DNA from: Octopus vulgaris
Lineage: Eukaryota
Length of the DNA: 64,000 nt
Assembly: GCA_951406725.2 (NCBI GenBank)
Contig: OX597817.1
Span: forward strand, 143,654,001-143,718,000
Reading direction: 5' to 3'
The notes beneath the pieces were generated by a model. The model did no database searches and was not told the DNA's origin. It saw only the letters and a list, made by a program, of their open reading frames with translations. Below, in pieces: positions 26,696 to 40,059 of the stretch (positions are counted from its first letter, which is position 1; each line of letters starts with the position of its first letter). The translations under genes and the position numbers were made by a program.

Positions 26696-27463
26696 ATCTG
26701 TATTGCACTCATAGGCAGCTTCGACCGGGTCCGTGCTCATAGCTTCCATGCTCGTCGTGGTACCTTTCTGCTTGACTGCACACTGAACAGTTGTCTTGCC
26801 AGCGATTGCGTGACCAAACATTTTAGGTCGAATAAGGCTTGGGCAACACGTCATAGTTGAAAACACTTGCCCGCGCTACGATGCAGTAAGGCTGAACCCA
26901 AAATCACATGGCTGGGAAGCAAGCTTCTCAGCTACTGAACCTATACCTGTTCCTATACACACATCACCCCCACACTCCTGTACAAACACACATATAGGAT
27001 AGTATGAAATGTGTCCATCTGTATACTTATTTCTCGTTTGTGTGTTGCTGTTCTCTATACTCCAAATGCTTTTCTTTGTCAGTCCATCACCTTACTGGTG
27101 CAACTAGAGGAGGAACACCATGGAATTTAAACTGCACCGATACTACGCGAATTCTGGACTCCATGGCTGATGAGAGGTGTTCCATGATTAATTTGTCATT
27201 TTCCATAACTGTTTCCAGGTTCTGCTTTGATTATCACTACACACACATACACGTTTGCACTCTCACACACAGACACAAAAACACATATGCATACACACAC
27301 ACATGCGCGTGCAACACACAAACACACGTATGCGTGCATGTATGTATGTATCTATGTATGTATCTATCTATATATACACACATCATTTAAATTTATGCGA
27401 AACATTTCGAAGATATATATGTATATATATATATATATGTGTGTGTGTATACATGAATACATA

Positions 27464-27515
<52 letters not shown>

Positions 27516-27930
27516 AAGCAGATGAGTGGTACAACAAGGCACCAATATTTACTGGAAAATAGCAATCGATACAAATTCGACACTATTGTAAAGCTTCACT
27601 GCATATTTACTAGCAAAGACGTGTGTGTGCAACAAACACGAAAAATTTGTCTTACCTCTCGGAAGAACATTCGATAAATAGACAACCTAGAATCGGATAA
27701 TGCAGGACCGGTTTCTGACTCTCTCAAATACGTTTGACAACGTAAGTTTGATCAGTCTTCATCAGTTGCATTTACCTAGACAATATTTCAAATGTTGCCA
27801 CATCAGTGCCAGTATACTCGCCTGAACGCCTAACCGTTAACAGAACCGAGAACAGTGAAGGAGTTTACAATGAAAAATAATTCTACCCTTATGGGGCTTT
27901 ATTTTACTGGAAAGTAATACATTTGTATTG

Positions 27931-27988
<58 letters not shown>

Positions 27989-28257
27989 ACACATACACGC
28001 AACACACAAATACAAATGAATATATGTATTCAAACACATATACATATATATTCATATATAAATACATATATAAACACACACACTTGTACACATACACACA
28101 CACTCTTATATGTATAAACAAAGAAATTTTGATTGAATTGTCTGTTAAAATCCTCAATGTAAATATTATAAGCATCAGTTTGAAAGAGAAAAGAGAAACA
28201 GAAGTAAAGTAGTGAAACAAAGGAATGCGTGGGGAGGAATGTTCCAGTGGTACTTAC

Positions 28258-28377
28258 CCAAACTCATTGATAAACACACGGCCATGTCAGATATAGCATA
28301 GACGTTACCATAAACCTCACTGTGACGCTTGTCAACCACAAGCGCAAATATTGGCTGCATGGATGTACTGATCAAAC
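28258..28377 (-). CDS. SLC18A-like exon, TM10b-TM11 (GLISTSMQPIFALVVDKRHSEVYGNVYAISDMAVCLSMSL)
   Basis: Hallmark VDxRHxxVYGxVYAIxD motif of SLC18A. 120 nt. Confidence 0.96.
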
Positions 28378-29414
28378 CTATAAAGATTTGAAATAAAACA
28401 CAACTGCAGTTATAACGTTTGTGTGTGTGTGTGTGTGTGTGTGAAACGGTAAAGTTCCATTTATCCTTTATTTTGGAGGGTTCCAAAGGGGAGATTTCAA
28501 ACAAAGATTCTTCATACTTCGTTGGTAGCTTATTGGCGTAAGATTTTTGCGAAAATGAAATTATTATATGTATAAGGTATGAGATGAGAATTTATGGAAA
28601 GGTATCCGATGAAGGAGGCGGCGAGCTGGCAGAAACGTTAGCACGCCGGACGAAATGCTTAGCGGTATTTCGTCTGCCGCTACGTTCTGAGTTCAAATTC
28701 CGCCGAGGCCGATTTTGCCTTCCATCCTTTCGGGGTCATTTAAATAAGTACCAGTTACGCACTGGGGTCGATGTAATCGGCTTAATCCGTTTGTCTGTCC
28801 TTGTTTGTCCCCTCCATGTTTAGCCCCTTGTGGGCAATAAAGAAATAAGGAAAGGTATCCCATAGAAACGCAACAGACTATTAAAGATGGAGAAGAGATG
28901 TTAAAATTTTAAAAGATGAATTTTAGTACATGCATTCGATCGTTTCGAACAGCAATATTAGCATGTAAGTGACATGGTAGATTAATTATAAATTAAATTA
29001 AATTATTTAATTACATATTACTGCTCTCCTCAGTATGACAAGGAACCAAGACATTATGTAATGAACTTCATTAGGTTACAGCAGTTTCTGATATATGATG
29101 CTATGCACTCATAGTTGAGTGCTTGTGCATCACCCTAAAGCTTCGTCTGAGCTTAAAAAATGAATTGCAATTCTATTTGAGAAGACATTTATATATATGG
29201 AAAACATCACCATCGAATAGTATAAAACAGCATAGGGGGTCATATTACAAATACTTGGCCCATCTTGTAACTAACGTTGACGGCGAGAACTAAATAAGGC
29301 ATAGTAGTGGTGGTAGCGGTGGTGGTGGTAGGATTACAAATGCAATCGTTAAAAGGGGAGGAGGAGGAGGAGGAGGAGGAGGGGACGTGGGTGAAAGTTT
29401 TTGCAATAACTTAC

Positions 29415-29478
29415 CAACTGCAAGACCGAGGAATCCTGTTACCACCAACATCATCGTAAACGTTATGGAATAGGCTAG
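29415..29478 (-). CDS. SLC18A-like exon, TM10a (LAYSITFTMMLVVTGFLGLAV)
   Basis: 64 nt, phases 0/1, ttccag/gtaagt sites, hydrophobic helix. Confidence 0.9.
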
Positions 29479-30269
29479 CTGGAAGAATTGAAAGAACAAT
29501 AATAGAATGACTACAAGAAGAAAAGAAAGAAAAAACAACAAAAATAAATCCAACAAGTCAAATAAACTGCAGCAAAGATTCGAAACCTAATCGGTCAGTC
29601 ACCATGTGTGAGCCACCGTAGTTTCACATGATTGGTCTATAAATCGACCAATCAGCCTGAGGCTGTGGCGTGATATGGTTTTCTCGAATATCCCCTGTAA
29701 AAATATTTTTGTGTTCAATTGCAGAGTGTTGAAGGCAGCTGACTGACTCAGGTACCTATACTCTTGTCATGTAGATGTCCAACGGACTGCTGATGCCACA
29801 AATTGCCTCGGAGAATTGCGCAGATGATTCCGTTTAAATTATGGACCTACCGCATGTTGTCACACAGATAGCCTTATATATTTTCAGAACAGTTTTCCTT
29901 TCCTCTCATTCAGCAATTACTTATATCATTCATTGCAATTCGCCAACACAAAATGTCTTTATGTCTGGCAATAAATATTAGTTAATGTTCGTATGTTTGC
30001 TTCAGTTATTATTCACACAGCCATTGAAATATATCTTCATTGACCAGTTCAAATCAAACGACAGCAAATTTCTCGCGACAAAACAAATACATTTGTTAAC
30101 AATTGTTATCAACATAGACAAGTCAGTGAGGTGACAGAACAGTTGGAGCGTTGGGCAAAAGATTTCGAAGGAATTCTTCGGCTGTTTACAAATTCGTGAA
30201 TAGATAGGTGAAGTAATTATTGATGGAAAAGACAGACAGAAAAGGAAGAAAAATATGAATAAAACTTAC

Positions 30270-30321
30270 CGCCATAAGACACAGGGAACTGAAGAACAAA
30301 CCAACGAGACCTTGAATCCAC
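30270..30321 (-). CDS. SLC18A-like exon, TM9 (RWIQGLVGLFFSSLCLMA)
   Basis: Like VMAT RWLCALLGMIIVG. 52 nt, tttttag/gtaagt sites. Confidence 0.9.
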
Positions 30322-30445
30322 CTAAAAATTATGAATATATAATGGATTAATTAACGAATTAATTCTACAATAAAACATGGGGAGTGATTTTGTTTGATTA
30401 AAGCAACAATACATGAGTTAAATAGTAATAATAATAATAATAATA

Positions 30446-30492
<47 letters not shown>

Positions 30493-30950
30493 AATAATAA
30501 TTTTGGTACAAAGTCATCAGTTTCGGGGTAAGGTGTAAGTCGATTACATCGATCCCAGTACTCAACTGGTACTTTCTTTATCGACCCCAATAGGATGAAA
30601 GGCAAAGTGAACCTCGACGGAATTTGAACTCAAAGCATAAAGACAAACCGAAGTGCCGCTAAGCCCGGTGTGCTAAAGATTCTACCAGCTTGACGCCGCC
30701 ATAGGTTCAAATATGAAAATATAAGTTCACTGGAAGAGGAGGTTAACTAATCAGCCTCCATTTAAGTTTCTGCTTAAATTTTAACTTTGATTTGTGGTTT
30801 CAGAAATCTTAGTAAAAATTACGGAATTCGCCCGAATGTCAAAGGCAGAATTTTACTAGGGACAACATGTTGAAGAGAAAGTTCAGAAGTATGGGGAGAG
30901 AGAGAGAATGAAAGAAAAGTTTGATGTTGGAAATGTATATATTTACATAC

Positions 30951-31029
30951 CTAGGAAACCATCTGACGAGACGAGGAAATATTAAACCAGCAGCCAAGTA
31001 TCCAACAGATGTCGGTAGAACAACGATTC
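30951..31029 (-). CDS. SLC18A-like exon, TM8 (GIVVLPTSVGYLAAGLIFPRLVRWFP)
   Basis: Like VMAT GVAFLPASISYLIG. 79 nt, phases 1/2. Confidence 0.92.
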
Positions 31030-31108
31030 CTAAAGAAAACGAATAACGAATATATATATAAGCAATAATAAATCTCTGAACGAGGTATGAACAGTAGCTG
31101 CACGACAA

Positions 31109-31419
31109 TGTGAAGTATATTTGCCACTTAAATGTGGCTAACCACTAAGGGTGGATGCTACTGTAGCTTGTAGCCCCAGGAGAACATCTTCTCCAGCTGG
31201 CTATTGACACACTTTCTGTGTCCTATCGGTATGTGCAAAGGGAAGTCATCCTTCCCATCGTCGACCTGAAGTGGGAAGGATGGCTTCCCTTTGCAAATAC
31301 TGATAGGGCACAGAAAGTGTGTCAATAGCCAGCTGGAGAAGATGTTCTCCAGGGGCTACAAGCTACAGTAGCATCCACCCTTACTGGTTAGCCACATTTA
31401 AGTGGCAAATATACTTCAC

Positions 31420-31420
<1 letters not shown>
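31109..31420. repeat. 312-bp fold-back inverted repeat (MITE-like)
   Basis: ~149-bp near-perfect arms (tgtgaagtatatttgccac.../...gtggcaaatatacttcaca) with a ~14-nt loop. Confidence 0.92.
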
Positions 31421-31474
<54 letters not shown>

Positions 31475-31520
31475 TACACACGCACACATATATGCCTACA
31501 TACATACACATACATATATA

Positions 31521-31860
31521 TACGAGGGTGAGTCAAAAAAGTAGTGCCATTTTGTTTAGGACAAGTATAATTACCAACACAGGAACATGTATCATACATC
31601 AAAATGAAGCTGGTCCTCTGTGGACCGCATCCCTACTTTTCAACATAGTCACCGTTTCTCTCAATGAGAGCATGTATCACCTTCAAATGAGAGCATGTAT
31701 CCCTGCCCCCTAAAATTCTGTTGACTGTTCTTTGAGTCATTTTTTCACTACAGTTTTCACTTCCTCTCACTGGAATAATGTTTGCCTCTCAAACTCTTTT
31801 GTGACGCTGAAGAGATGATAATCTGAAGGCGCTAAATCTGGCGAGTGTGGAGGTAGTGAA
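31521..31860 (+). mobile_element. Mariner-derived fragment; a related inverted copy lies at ~22190-22355
   Basis: TA-cgagggtgagtcaaaaa TIR-like start, with shared internal sequence (atcaaaatgaagctggtcctctgtgg). Confidence 0.6.
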
Positions 31861-32436
31861 GAAGTGGCTCATATACATACCCAACACTAATTCGCCAAAG
31901 GGAAACTCTTACAGCTCCAAAGAAAGAACCAGTACACACACACACACACACACATACGTCCAAATAATGTACACATTGGTACAACTGACACACGCATATA
32001 CACACAAACATACAAATACACCTACGAGAATCACAACGCATACACTAACACTGAAAGAAACATACAATCTTACACTTGCACACACGCAAAATATTCATAG
32101 ACCGCTCACGGTCAGTCTCTCATTTGCTCTCGTACGTATGAAACCTCTTCCCTTCTCTAATTTGTGGTCACCTTAAGGTACTTCTAACATAGCTTAACGC
32201 AGACTAAAACGTATTTCTCTCTAATTCCCGTTTATTCTTGTTTTAATAATTTCCAACTCTCTGTCTTTTTTGAAGAAGTGCTAAAGCTCGAAATATCAAG
32301 AACACTTCTTTCATATCTTTCCCAACGTGTAAATCTACATTACGCTCTTGGTTTTTACCTGGGCATTCTTGTTATCCGTTCGTCCACCCGTCTGCCTGTC
32401 TGTCTGTCTCTGTCTGTCTGTCTGTCTGTCTGTCTG

Positions 32437-32502
<66 letters not shown>

Positions 32503-32816
32503 ATAATCAATTTTGTTTTTTACTTCGTCACTTGTTATCTCCATTGATAAATTTACCGATCTGTCAGCCATCCATCCCTCTGTCTGTCCGTCTGTCAGTT
32601 CATCTGTCTGTCTGCATACTACGTGCTTCTGCTTAGTTGTCATTTACCAAGTTCCATTCAGAAGATATTTGGTTAATCCGAGACTGTTATTGAGTTATAA
32701 TTAATTACCCAAGGCGGAGAAGCAGTGAGAATCGATCCCATAGCTACGTCGTTACAAAGCAAACTCTTTAACAACATACGGTTTAAGCTGAAATGGTAAT
32801 ATTTAATCCTACTTAC

Positions 32817-32912
32817 CAAGTTGCCAAGTGGAAGCATTTATCAGTTCAAGAAGTCTTATCGGTAAGAACGCCAATACAATTGAGACATCGAGATTCAGCA
32901 AAAAAATATTTA
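32817..32912 (-). CDS. SLC18A-like exon, TM7 (LNIFLLNLDVSIVLAFLPIRLLELINASTWQL)
   Basis: Aligns without gaps to VMAT [32 protein letters not shown]. 96 nt, tttttcag/gtaagt sites. Confidence 0.9.
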
Positions 32913-34798
32913 CTGAAAAATGTAAGAAATTAGAAAATGAACAAATAATAAAAAAAAACAGATAAATAATAATAAATAAATAAATGTTCCTGTATCGAAC
33001 GGATGATGTTGTTATGTCTGTTTAGTTTTGGATCTATCCTATTTGAGAGGAACTATGATCAAAGGTGTTTTATTTGTGATGATCCCTGTCTTTTATTCCG
33101 ACTTACTGGTATAGTACTATATTATTGTAGCAGGAATTTTTTTGGCTGTCTCAAACACTTACTGCCGAGGAATCGAATGCAAATCACTGTGTTCAGTCAA
33201 AAATGTCTAAACAACAGGATTAATGACATCAGCTAAGAACTGACCACTCACATCTCTTGAAGAAACATCATGAACTTGTTTTTCTCAGTAGCTAGCTGAC
33301 CAGCAAAAAATACAATGGATCCAACAGATGCTTAACTCATTAAATCCCAGTGTTATAAACAAGCATTGTTTTGGTCGAACAAAATATGGATTGTCATTAA
33401 AACGTTTGTTTTTGGTGGCTTTTCTTTGAAATGCATTAGTTATATTTCTACTTGTATTTCTACTAACTGGCCAGTGGACATCAAAGTAACGAATGCAAGA
33501 ATTTACAGTACTTGACGACAGTTACAAAATATAGCCGCGACGAACGACGACGAACGACGACGACAAATGATAACGACGACGATGAATTCAGTCCACTCAT
33601 GGCTGTTGTCGTTGCTGACACAGACACACATCTCATACAAACTGCTGAACCGCTTCACTTGGTTTAAATATCTTTTCTGTCGTATGTCATAACGACACAT
33701 TGTTTTAATCTTTTATTCTTTTATTCTTTTATTCTTTTACTTGTTTCAGTCATTTGACTGCGGCCATGCTGGAGCACCGCCGTTAGTCGAGCAAATCGAC
33801 CCCAGGACTTATTCTTTGTAAGCCTAGTACTTATTCTATCGGTCTCTCTTGCGGAACCGCTAGGTTACGGGGATATAAACATACCAGCATCGGTTGCCAA
33901 ACGATGTTGGGGGACAAACACAGACGCACAAACATACACACACACATACATATGTATACATATATACGATGGGTTTCTTTCAGTTTCGGTCTACCAAATC
34001 CACTCACAAGGCTTTGGTCGGCCCGAGGCTATAGTAGAAGACACTTGCCCAAGGTGCCACGCAGTGGGAATGAACCCGGAACCATGTGCTTGGTAAGCAA
34101 GCTACTTACCACACAGCCACTCCTGCGCCTATTTTGTTATCGATAAATAAATAATTTGTATTTGGGATTTCAGACTTCTTGATCTTTCATCGCAACACGT
34201 TTAATAGGAGTTACATATGTTCTTTTAATAACAGTTTGACTCACGACTTAAAGTACCTGCCACTAACATCTGATGAGATGGACGTGTCCTACACACCCAC
34301 AAAACTGAAAGTCATATGGTGCTGAGTTGTACAGACACACTTGCTGAAACCAACCTGTCCAGTTACATGCAAGCATTAAAAAAACCATAAAATTAAATAT
34401 AAATTAGCTTGTTTCATAAAATTAAATATAAATTAGCGTGTTTCACCAAACTATACAAATATAACAAACTCTATTTACTTAGTACGTCCATCGCATGCAA
34501 AGCATTGCTCTCAATTTCCCCCTGTCCTAGCTGTATATTTATGAACGAATATAAACGCCAAAATATTTTAAACCATTTATAAGATAATGAAGAATATAAT
34601 CTACGAATTTGAGTGCTTTTACTCCCCACCAATTGAAAAGAATCCGTAAAATCGATATGAATTGAAATATAGAAAACAGCCATCGTTAATTATGTTGCCT
34701 AACGTTCATAGAATATTCGTTTGAAAATTTTTAGTTCTTAAAAGCATTTGGAAAGACGACTGACAAGAAAAGTAAGTGATATAAAAAGCAGCACTTAC

Positions 34799-34856
34799 AT
34801 GCGACAATGATGATGTAGGGATCTTTGAGTAATGTACAGAGGGAGCCATGTAGGTG
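34799..34856 (-). CDS. SLC18A-like exon (HLHGSLCTLLKDPYIIIVA)
   Basis: Hallmark LLKDPYI motif of SLC18A. 58 nt. Confidence 0.93.
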
Positions 34857-34935
34857 CTGTAGAAATAGATATGAAGAGGAAAGAAATCATAATACAAAAA
34901 AGAATATACATACATAATATATACATACATACATA

Positions 34936-34966
<31 letters not shown>

Positions 34967-35073
34967 CATACATACATACATAAATACATACGTATATATA
35001 AATGTATATATATATATATATTGTTATATTTCGGAATGGTCATATTGCCAGTTTAGCCAACAAATATTTAAAC

Positions 35074-35141
<68 letters not shown>

Positions 35142-35391
35142 GTACTCATAACTTAATGTTTATTTCTTCCATGAGTACAAGTAAGTATCTAATTTATTTT
35201 CTTACCGTATTTATCGCTGATGACGAGAAAATTCTAAATGAATTAACTCAGAAATCGGGACCGATTCAATAATAACGAATTTTTAAAGAAATTTCTGTCG
35301 GTTTGCTTTCAAGACGCGTGCTTATAGTGAGAAATTATATGGTTATTGACGATTAATTGTATTTTCGGCATATGTGCCCTTGTTTATAAGT

Positions 35392-35435
<44 letters not shown>

Positions 35436-36377
35436 TACGTGTATAAAAGAAGTAAATGAAGTTGAAAATGCACAGAGAGTATATATGAAGATTTATTTCA
35501 ACTAAAATTAATACATTCAACTGGTTTGAATTGGTTTGATTTTTATGACTTTTAAAACTTCCAAGTTGAAAACCAAACAAATATGAAACCAGTTAAGTGT
35601 ATTAATTTAAATTTAAATAAATCTTCATATATATCCTTTGTGCATTTTAAACTTCGTTTATTTCTTAAACATTACTATTTGCATGGATTAGTAACGACAC
35701 ACACATACACACATACACAGAGCAAATCAAATAAAAAATAAATAAGAAAGAACAACAAAAGTCAAATGAAAATTCATAGTTGATATTTTTAGGTTGATGC
35801 TCAAAAAAGGAATAAAAATTATAGAGTAAAAGTAAACGTTTCGGATTTAGTTCTTCGTCGGATTCTAAAGGAAAGTCCAGACAGAGACAAGGAATAGAAG
35901 AAAGGATATAAGAAAAGAAAGAAAAGAGTCAGGAAAAAACCCCACGTGTATTAAGTTGCCATGATCGACCTTTGACTAACCGGAAGTGTGAGAGATAGTG
36001 AAACAAGACAGTGAAAGAGGAGTGTGTGATAGTATGTGTGTGTGCGCACGTGTATGCATGAGGGTATATGTGTAAGTAACAATAAAAGAAGAATTGAATG
36101 TTACAAATTCTCTGCATGTGTTTGTTGTGTGTGTGTGCGCAATTCGTACACGAATCACAGATTAAAAGACTTGCTCTTAGAGAGAAAGCATTGAGCTTTT
36201 AGGCATTTTAGATATTCCTGATAGAATCTAGTTTTAATTTGTGACAGCAGTAGCATGTTTAGAATCTATAACTTTCGCCTACTTTCCTTTCTTTGCCTGG
36301 CGATGATGGCCCTGTATGTATTTATAATATATAGGTTGTTTATTGCAAGATAAATATTTATAAGTTGGTATAAGACT

Positions 36378-36705
36378 GAGGAGACCCCCTTCGGTCATGA
36401 ATGACCATGGGATTGCACCTAGAAAGTTACCCTCCGAGACAAGGTTATTTATGGAAGACCAGCAGTCGCCTATGCATACCAGCCTCCCCTCTCCACACCA
36501 CTGATGTTATCCAAGGGAAAGGCAAAGGCTGATATAGCTTGGCACCAGTGACGTCGCAAATCATTTCTACAGCTGAGTGAACTGGAGCAACGTGAAATAA
36601 AGTGTCTTGCTCAAGAACACACCACGCAGCCCGGTCTAGGAATCGAACTCACAACCTCACGATCTTAAGCTCGACGCTCTAACCACTGAGCCAGGCACCT
36701 TCACG
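36378..36705 (-). mobile_element. SINE family D, full length with 11-bp TSD
   Basis: Reverse complement of the 39496 element. TSD ggtataagact at 36367-36377 and 36706-36716. Confidence 0.88.
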
Positions 36706-36719
36706 GGTATAAGACTACA

Positions 36720-37196
36720 AAAGAATATATGAGACTTTACAAGACTTTAAAAAACTTTGTAAGCGGTGTTGAAAGTGTCGTCCTTCATTTTCAATACATG
36801 AATTGACTCTTCTAAACATGTTTTGAAAAACATCTTGGAGAGTCTGACGCGTCATGGACCGTGTCTTTTAGCTCATTAATGGTTTTCGGGCGATTCTTGT
36901 ATACTGATCCTTTACTTGCTCCCCAGAAGAAAAGTCTAGTGGTGTTAAATCATGTGATCTTGGTGGCCGAAGTCCCTTCGAAATAATTCGTTCATCGAAA
37001 AACTCTTGGAGTAGCGCCATGGTGATGCGCGAAGTATGTGCTGTGTAGCTCCATCTTGCTGAAAGTATGCATTATTAATTTCATTTACAGTGAGTTGGCC
37101 TACAAATGGACGGACAATATTTGAGTAATATCTCTCGGTGTTGATGGTATCCTCAAAAAAAAATTCACTGCGGAGACACTTTTTGAAAACCCTGTA
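36720..37196 (-). mobile_element. Tc1/mariner relic
   Basis: YFQQDGATQH and WPPRSHDL-like motifs, with a tacaggg terminus. Confidence 0.7.
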
Positions 37197-37249
37197 TAAC
37201 ATATTTATCATTTGCTACTTGAAACTTGAAATGTTTTATTTTTGCTTAC

Positions 37250-37290
37250 CTTCACCGAGGATTCTCTCTTCATTGTTAATAACTGAAGAA
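37250..37290 (-). CDS. SLC18A-like exon (FLQLLTMKRESSVK)
   Basis: 41 nt, ttatttcag acceptor, AAG|gtaagc donor. Phases 1/0 bridge the flanking exons. Like VMAT IQLFVLQPSRVQPE. Confidence 0.85.
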
Positions 37291-37480
37291 CTGAAATAAA
37301 ATAAAAAAAACCAGAAACATTAAATTGTTAGAAAAAACAAAAGCAAAAGCAAAAGCAAAACAGCTTTAACATGTAATAACAGAAAGAGAGGTTAGATTTG
37401 GAGTCGATTTCGAGGGTTTGTATTAGCAAAACTGTTCCGTTTCTATGCTTTCGTCACAGACATCGTCTTCATCATCACTC

Positions 37481-37520
<40 letters not shown>

Positions 37521-38857
37521 GTCTCTTCCTGTTCCAGTTTCTCGAATTTGAAACCACTACTCAATCAGGAACATGGTTTGGCAGAATCACTAGGGCATCG
37601 GACCAAATATCTCACTGTATTTTTCCTTCCAACTCAATGTTCTGGGTTCAAATTCGTCCGAGGCCAACTTTGCTTTTCATTCTTGAGGTTCGCTAAAATG
37701 ATGTACCAGTCATATACTGTGGTCGATGACATCAGTTTTTCCACTCATCTCAAAATTGTTAGCCTTGTCCTTAAATTAGAAATTAAAGGTGGTGAGCTGG
37801 CAGAAAGGTGTGTGCGTCGCACAAAATGCCTTGCGGTATTTCTTTTGAGGTTTACGCTCTGATTTAAAATCTCACTGAGGTCAGCGACGCCTTTCCTCCA
37901 CCTCCACGTTGAGGTCGATAAAATAAAGTACCAATCAATGGTTTAGTGTGGAGGCACATGGCCCAGTGGTTAGAGCAGCGGACTCGCGGTCGAGGGATCG
38001 CGGGTTCGAATCTCAGGCCGGGCGATGTGTGTGTTTATGAGCGAAACTCCTAAGCTCCACGCGGCTCCAGCAGAAGATAATGGCGAAATTCTGTTGACTT
38101 TCGCTACAATTTTCTCTCACTCTTTCCTCCTGCATCTTGCAGCTCACCTGAGACGGACCGGCATCCCGTCCAGGTGGGGAACCTATACGCGAAGGAAACC
38201 GGGAAACCGGCCCTCATGAGCCAGTCGTGACTCGAGAAGGAATAAACAAACAAACAAACAAACAAACAAACAAACAAACGATGGTTTAGTACATAAGTCG
38301 ATGGTTTAGGCTGATCCTTTCTCCTTATATGGCTGACCTTATGCCTAAAGAACAAACCAATTAGGAAGTTGAGTGGAAGAATCATGAGAGCGTCTGAAAA
38401 TGCTTTGCGGTATTTTGCCTTAACGAAAGTGCCTTTTCTGCAGACTAGTTCAATAACTAGTCTGCAGTAAAGTCTTCGTTCACAGTTCGTTTTTTTACGA
38501 GTTCTCGGCCAATGCTAATGCTCTACACGAGTCTTTAACTTCTGAGCTCAAATCCTGCCGAGGTCAGCTTTGTCTTTCATCCTTTCAGATGTCGATAAAG
38601 TAAAGAAGCAGTCAAGTACTTCGGTCGTTGGTATTGATTAACTCCGCTTAAAGTTGTTAACTCTGTGTCTAAATCTGTAACCGTCATTATCTCTGCATCT
38701 TAATGCTGTATTAATTTCACCAATATCACTCGTGTTTTAGCATTAGCAGTTCAATGGTTTAACGACAAGCCTCTGATCTTTAAAAATGTTCTCACTTGTC
38801 AGAGAAATTGAACGTAATAGCGAAATAATGATCTCCGACGTTAAACGAAATACTTAC

Positions 38858-38947
38858 ATATAGCGAAGCTCATGATACCAGATAGAAGAATGAAAGGAAA
38901 AGCAGGGTTGACAAATTCAAACAGAAGACTTCCATACACGGGACCAG
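38858..38947 (-). CDS. SLC18A-like exon, TM5-6 (AGPVYGSLLFEFVNPAFPFILLSGIMSFAI)
   Basis: Like VMAT GPPFGSVLYEFVGKTAPFL. 90 nt, cag/gtaagt sites. Confidence 0.93.
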
Positions 38948-39297
38948 CTGTAAATAGAAGAAGAACTCATAAACTGAACATAAATAATTTGAAACATCTC
39001 AGCTAGAGAAGGGGTTCATAAAGAGATTTTGCTGCTAAAATTTATCTGCAATAAATTGGTTTACATCTACAAACACAAAATATTTTAACAATACTTTAAA
39101 AAAATTCCTAATAATATTTAATTATGAAAAATGCAATAAGATTTTATTAAATATCGAATGGCTCTGAGAGTCCACCCGAATAAAATTGGTATTAAAGGGG
39201 TCCACTGGTGAAAAATGGTTGAGAACCACTGATCTAATTGAATTAGTTAAGAATGATATTGTAAAGGAATATGAATCAAAACAGCGCTAATATTTAC

Positions 39298-39390
39298 CGA
39301 TAATTCCAATGGACAATCCACTAAACGCATAGCCTATTACATTTCCCCGGCGATAATCATCTTTGAATGTTGCTGCTACAAGTCCTAGAG
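39298..39390 (-). CDS. SLC18A-like exon, TM5 (ALGLVAATFKDDYRRGNVIGYAFSGLSIGII)
   Basis: Like VMAT [24 protein letters not shown]. 93 nt. Confidence 0.93.
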
Positions 39391-39495
39391 CTGAGAACAA
39401 AAGGTAAACATGACTGAGTAACGAATACCGAATCCAAACAGACAAAGGTCAGCGCGACATTAATTTCATTTGTTTATCACTATCTATACAGGTAA

Positions 39496-39831
39496 GGCGC
39501 ATGGCTCAGTGGTTAGAGCGTCGAGCTTACGATCGTGAGGTTGTGAGCTCGAATCCCGGACCGGGCTGCGTGTTGTGTTCTTGAGCAAGGCACTTTATTT
39601 CACGCTGCTCCAGTTCACTCAGCTGTAGAAATGAGTTGCGTCACTGGTGCCAATCTGTATCGACCCCTTTGTCTTTCCCTTGGATAACATTGGTGGCATG
39701 GAGAGGGGAGGCCGGATTGAATGGGCGACTGCTGGTCTTCTATAAACAACCTTGCCCGGATTTGTGTCTAGGAGGGTAACTTTCTAGGTGCAATCCCATT
39801 GTCATTCATGACTGAAGGGGGTCTTTACTCT
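39496..39831 (+). mobile_element. SINE family D (CORE-like), full length with 11-bp TSD
   Basis: tRNA head ggcgcatggctcagtggttagagcg, core gtgttcttgagcaaggcacttt. TSD tatacaggtaa at 39485-39495 and 39832-39842. Confidence 0.88.
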
Positions 39832-40059
39832 TATACAGGTAAAACCAGATTTTCAGTGGCGTTTTTGATTAGGTATTAGACGGCGGGATAGAGGTGACTG
39901 AAAGTTGAAGGTCCACACCTCTTCTATGTGCATTGTGTTGCGATCATGTTCAAGATATTCAACCCATGGCACATTTTGCACAAATGTCGGTCTTATCTCT
40001 TTTAGTTTAAACACAAATGTATAAAACATGGTGATAGTTTACCTAACTGGTGTTCTCCA

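Noticed and set aside
27656-27686. Possible 31-nt alternative exon on - (tag|GTTGTC...GAGAG|gtaaga) with the same phases as exon 26084-26039
   Set aside because: The pyrimidine tract is weak and the peptide (GCLFIECSSE) has no similarity to the conserved GPxxGG segment. It is likely chance unless RNA-seq shows use.
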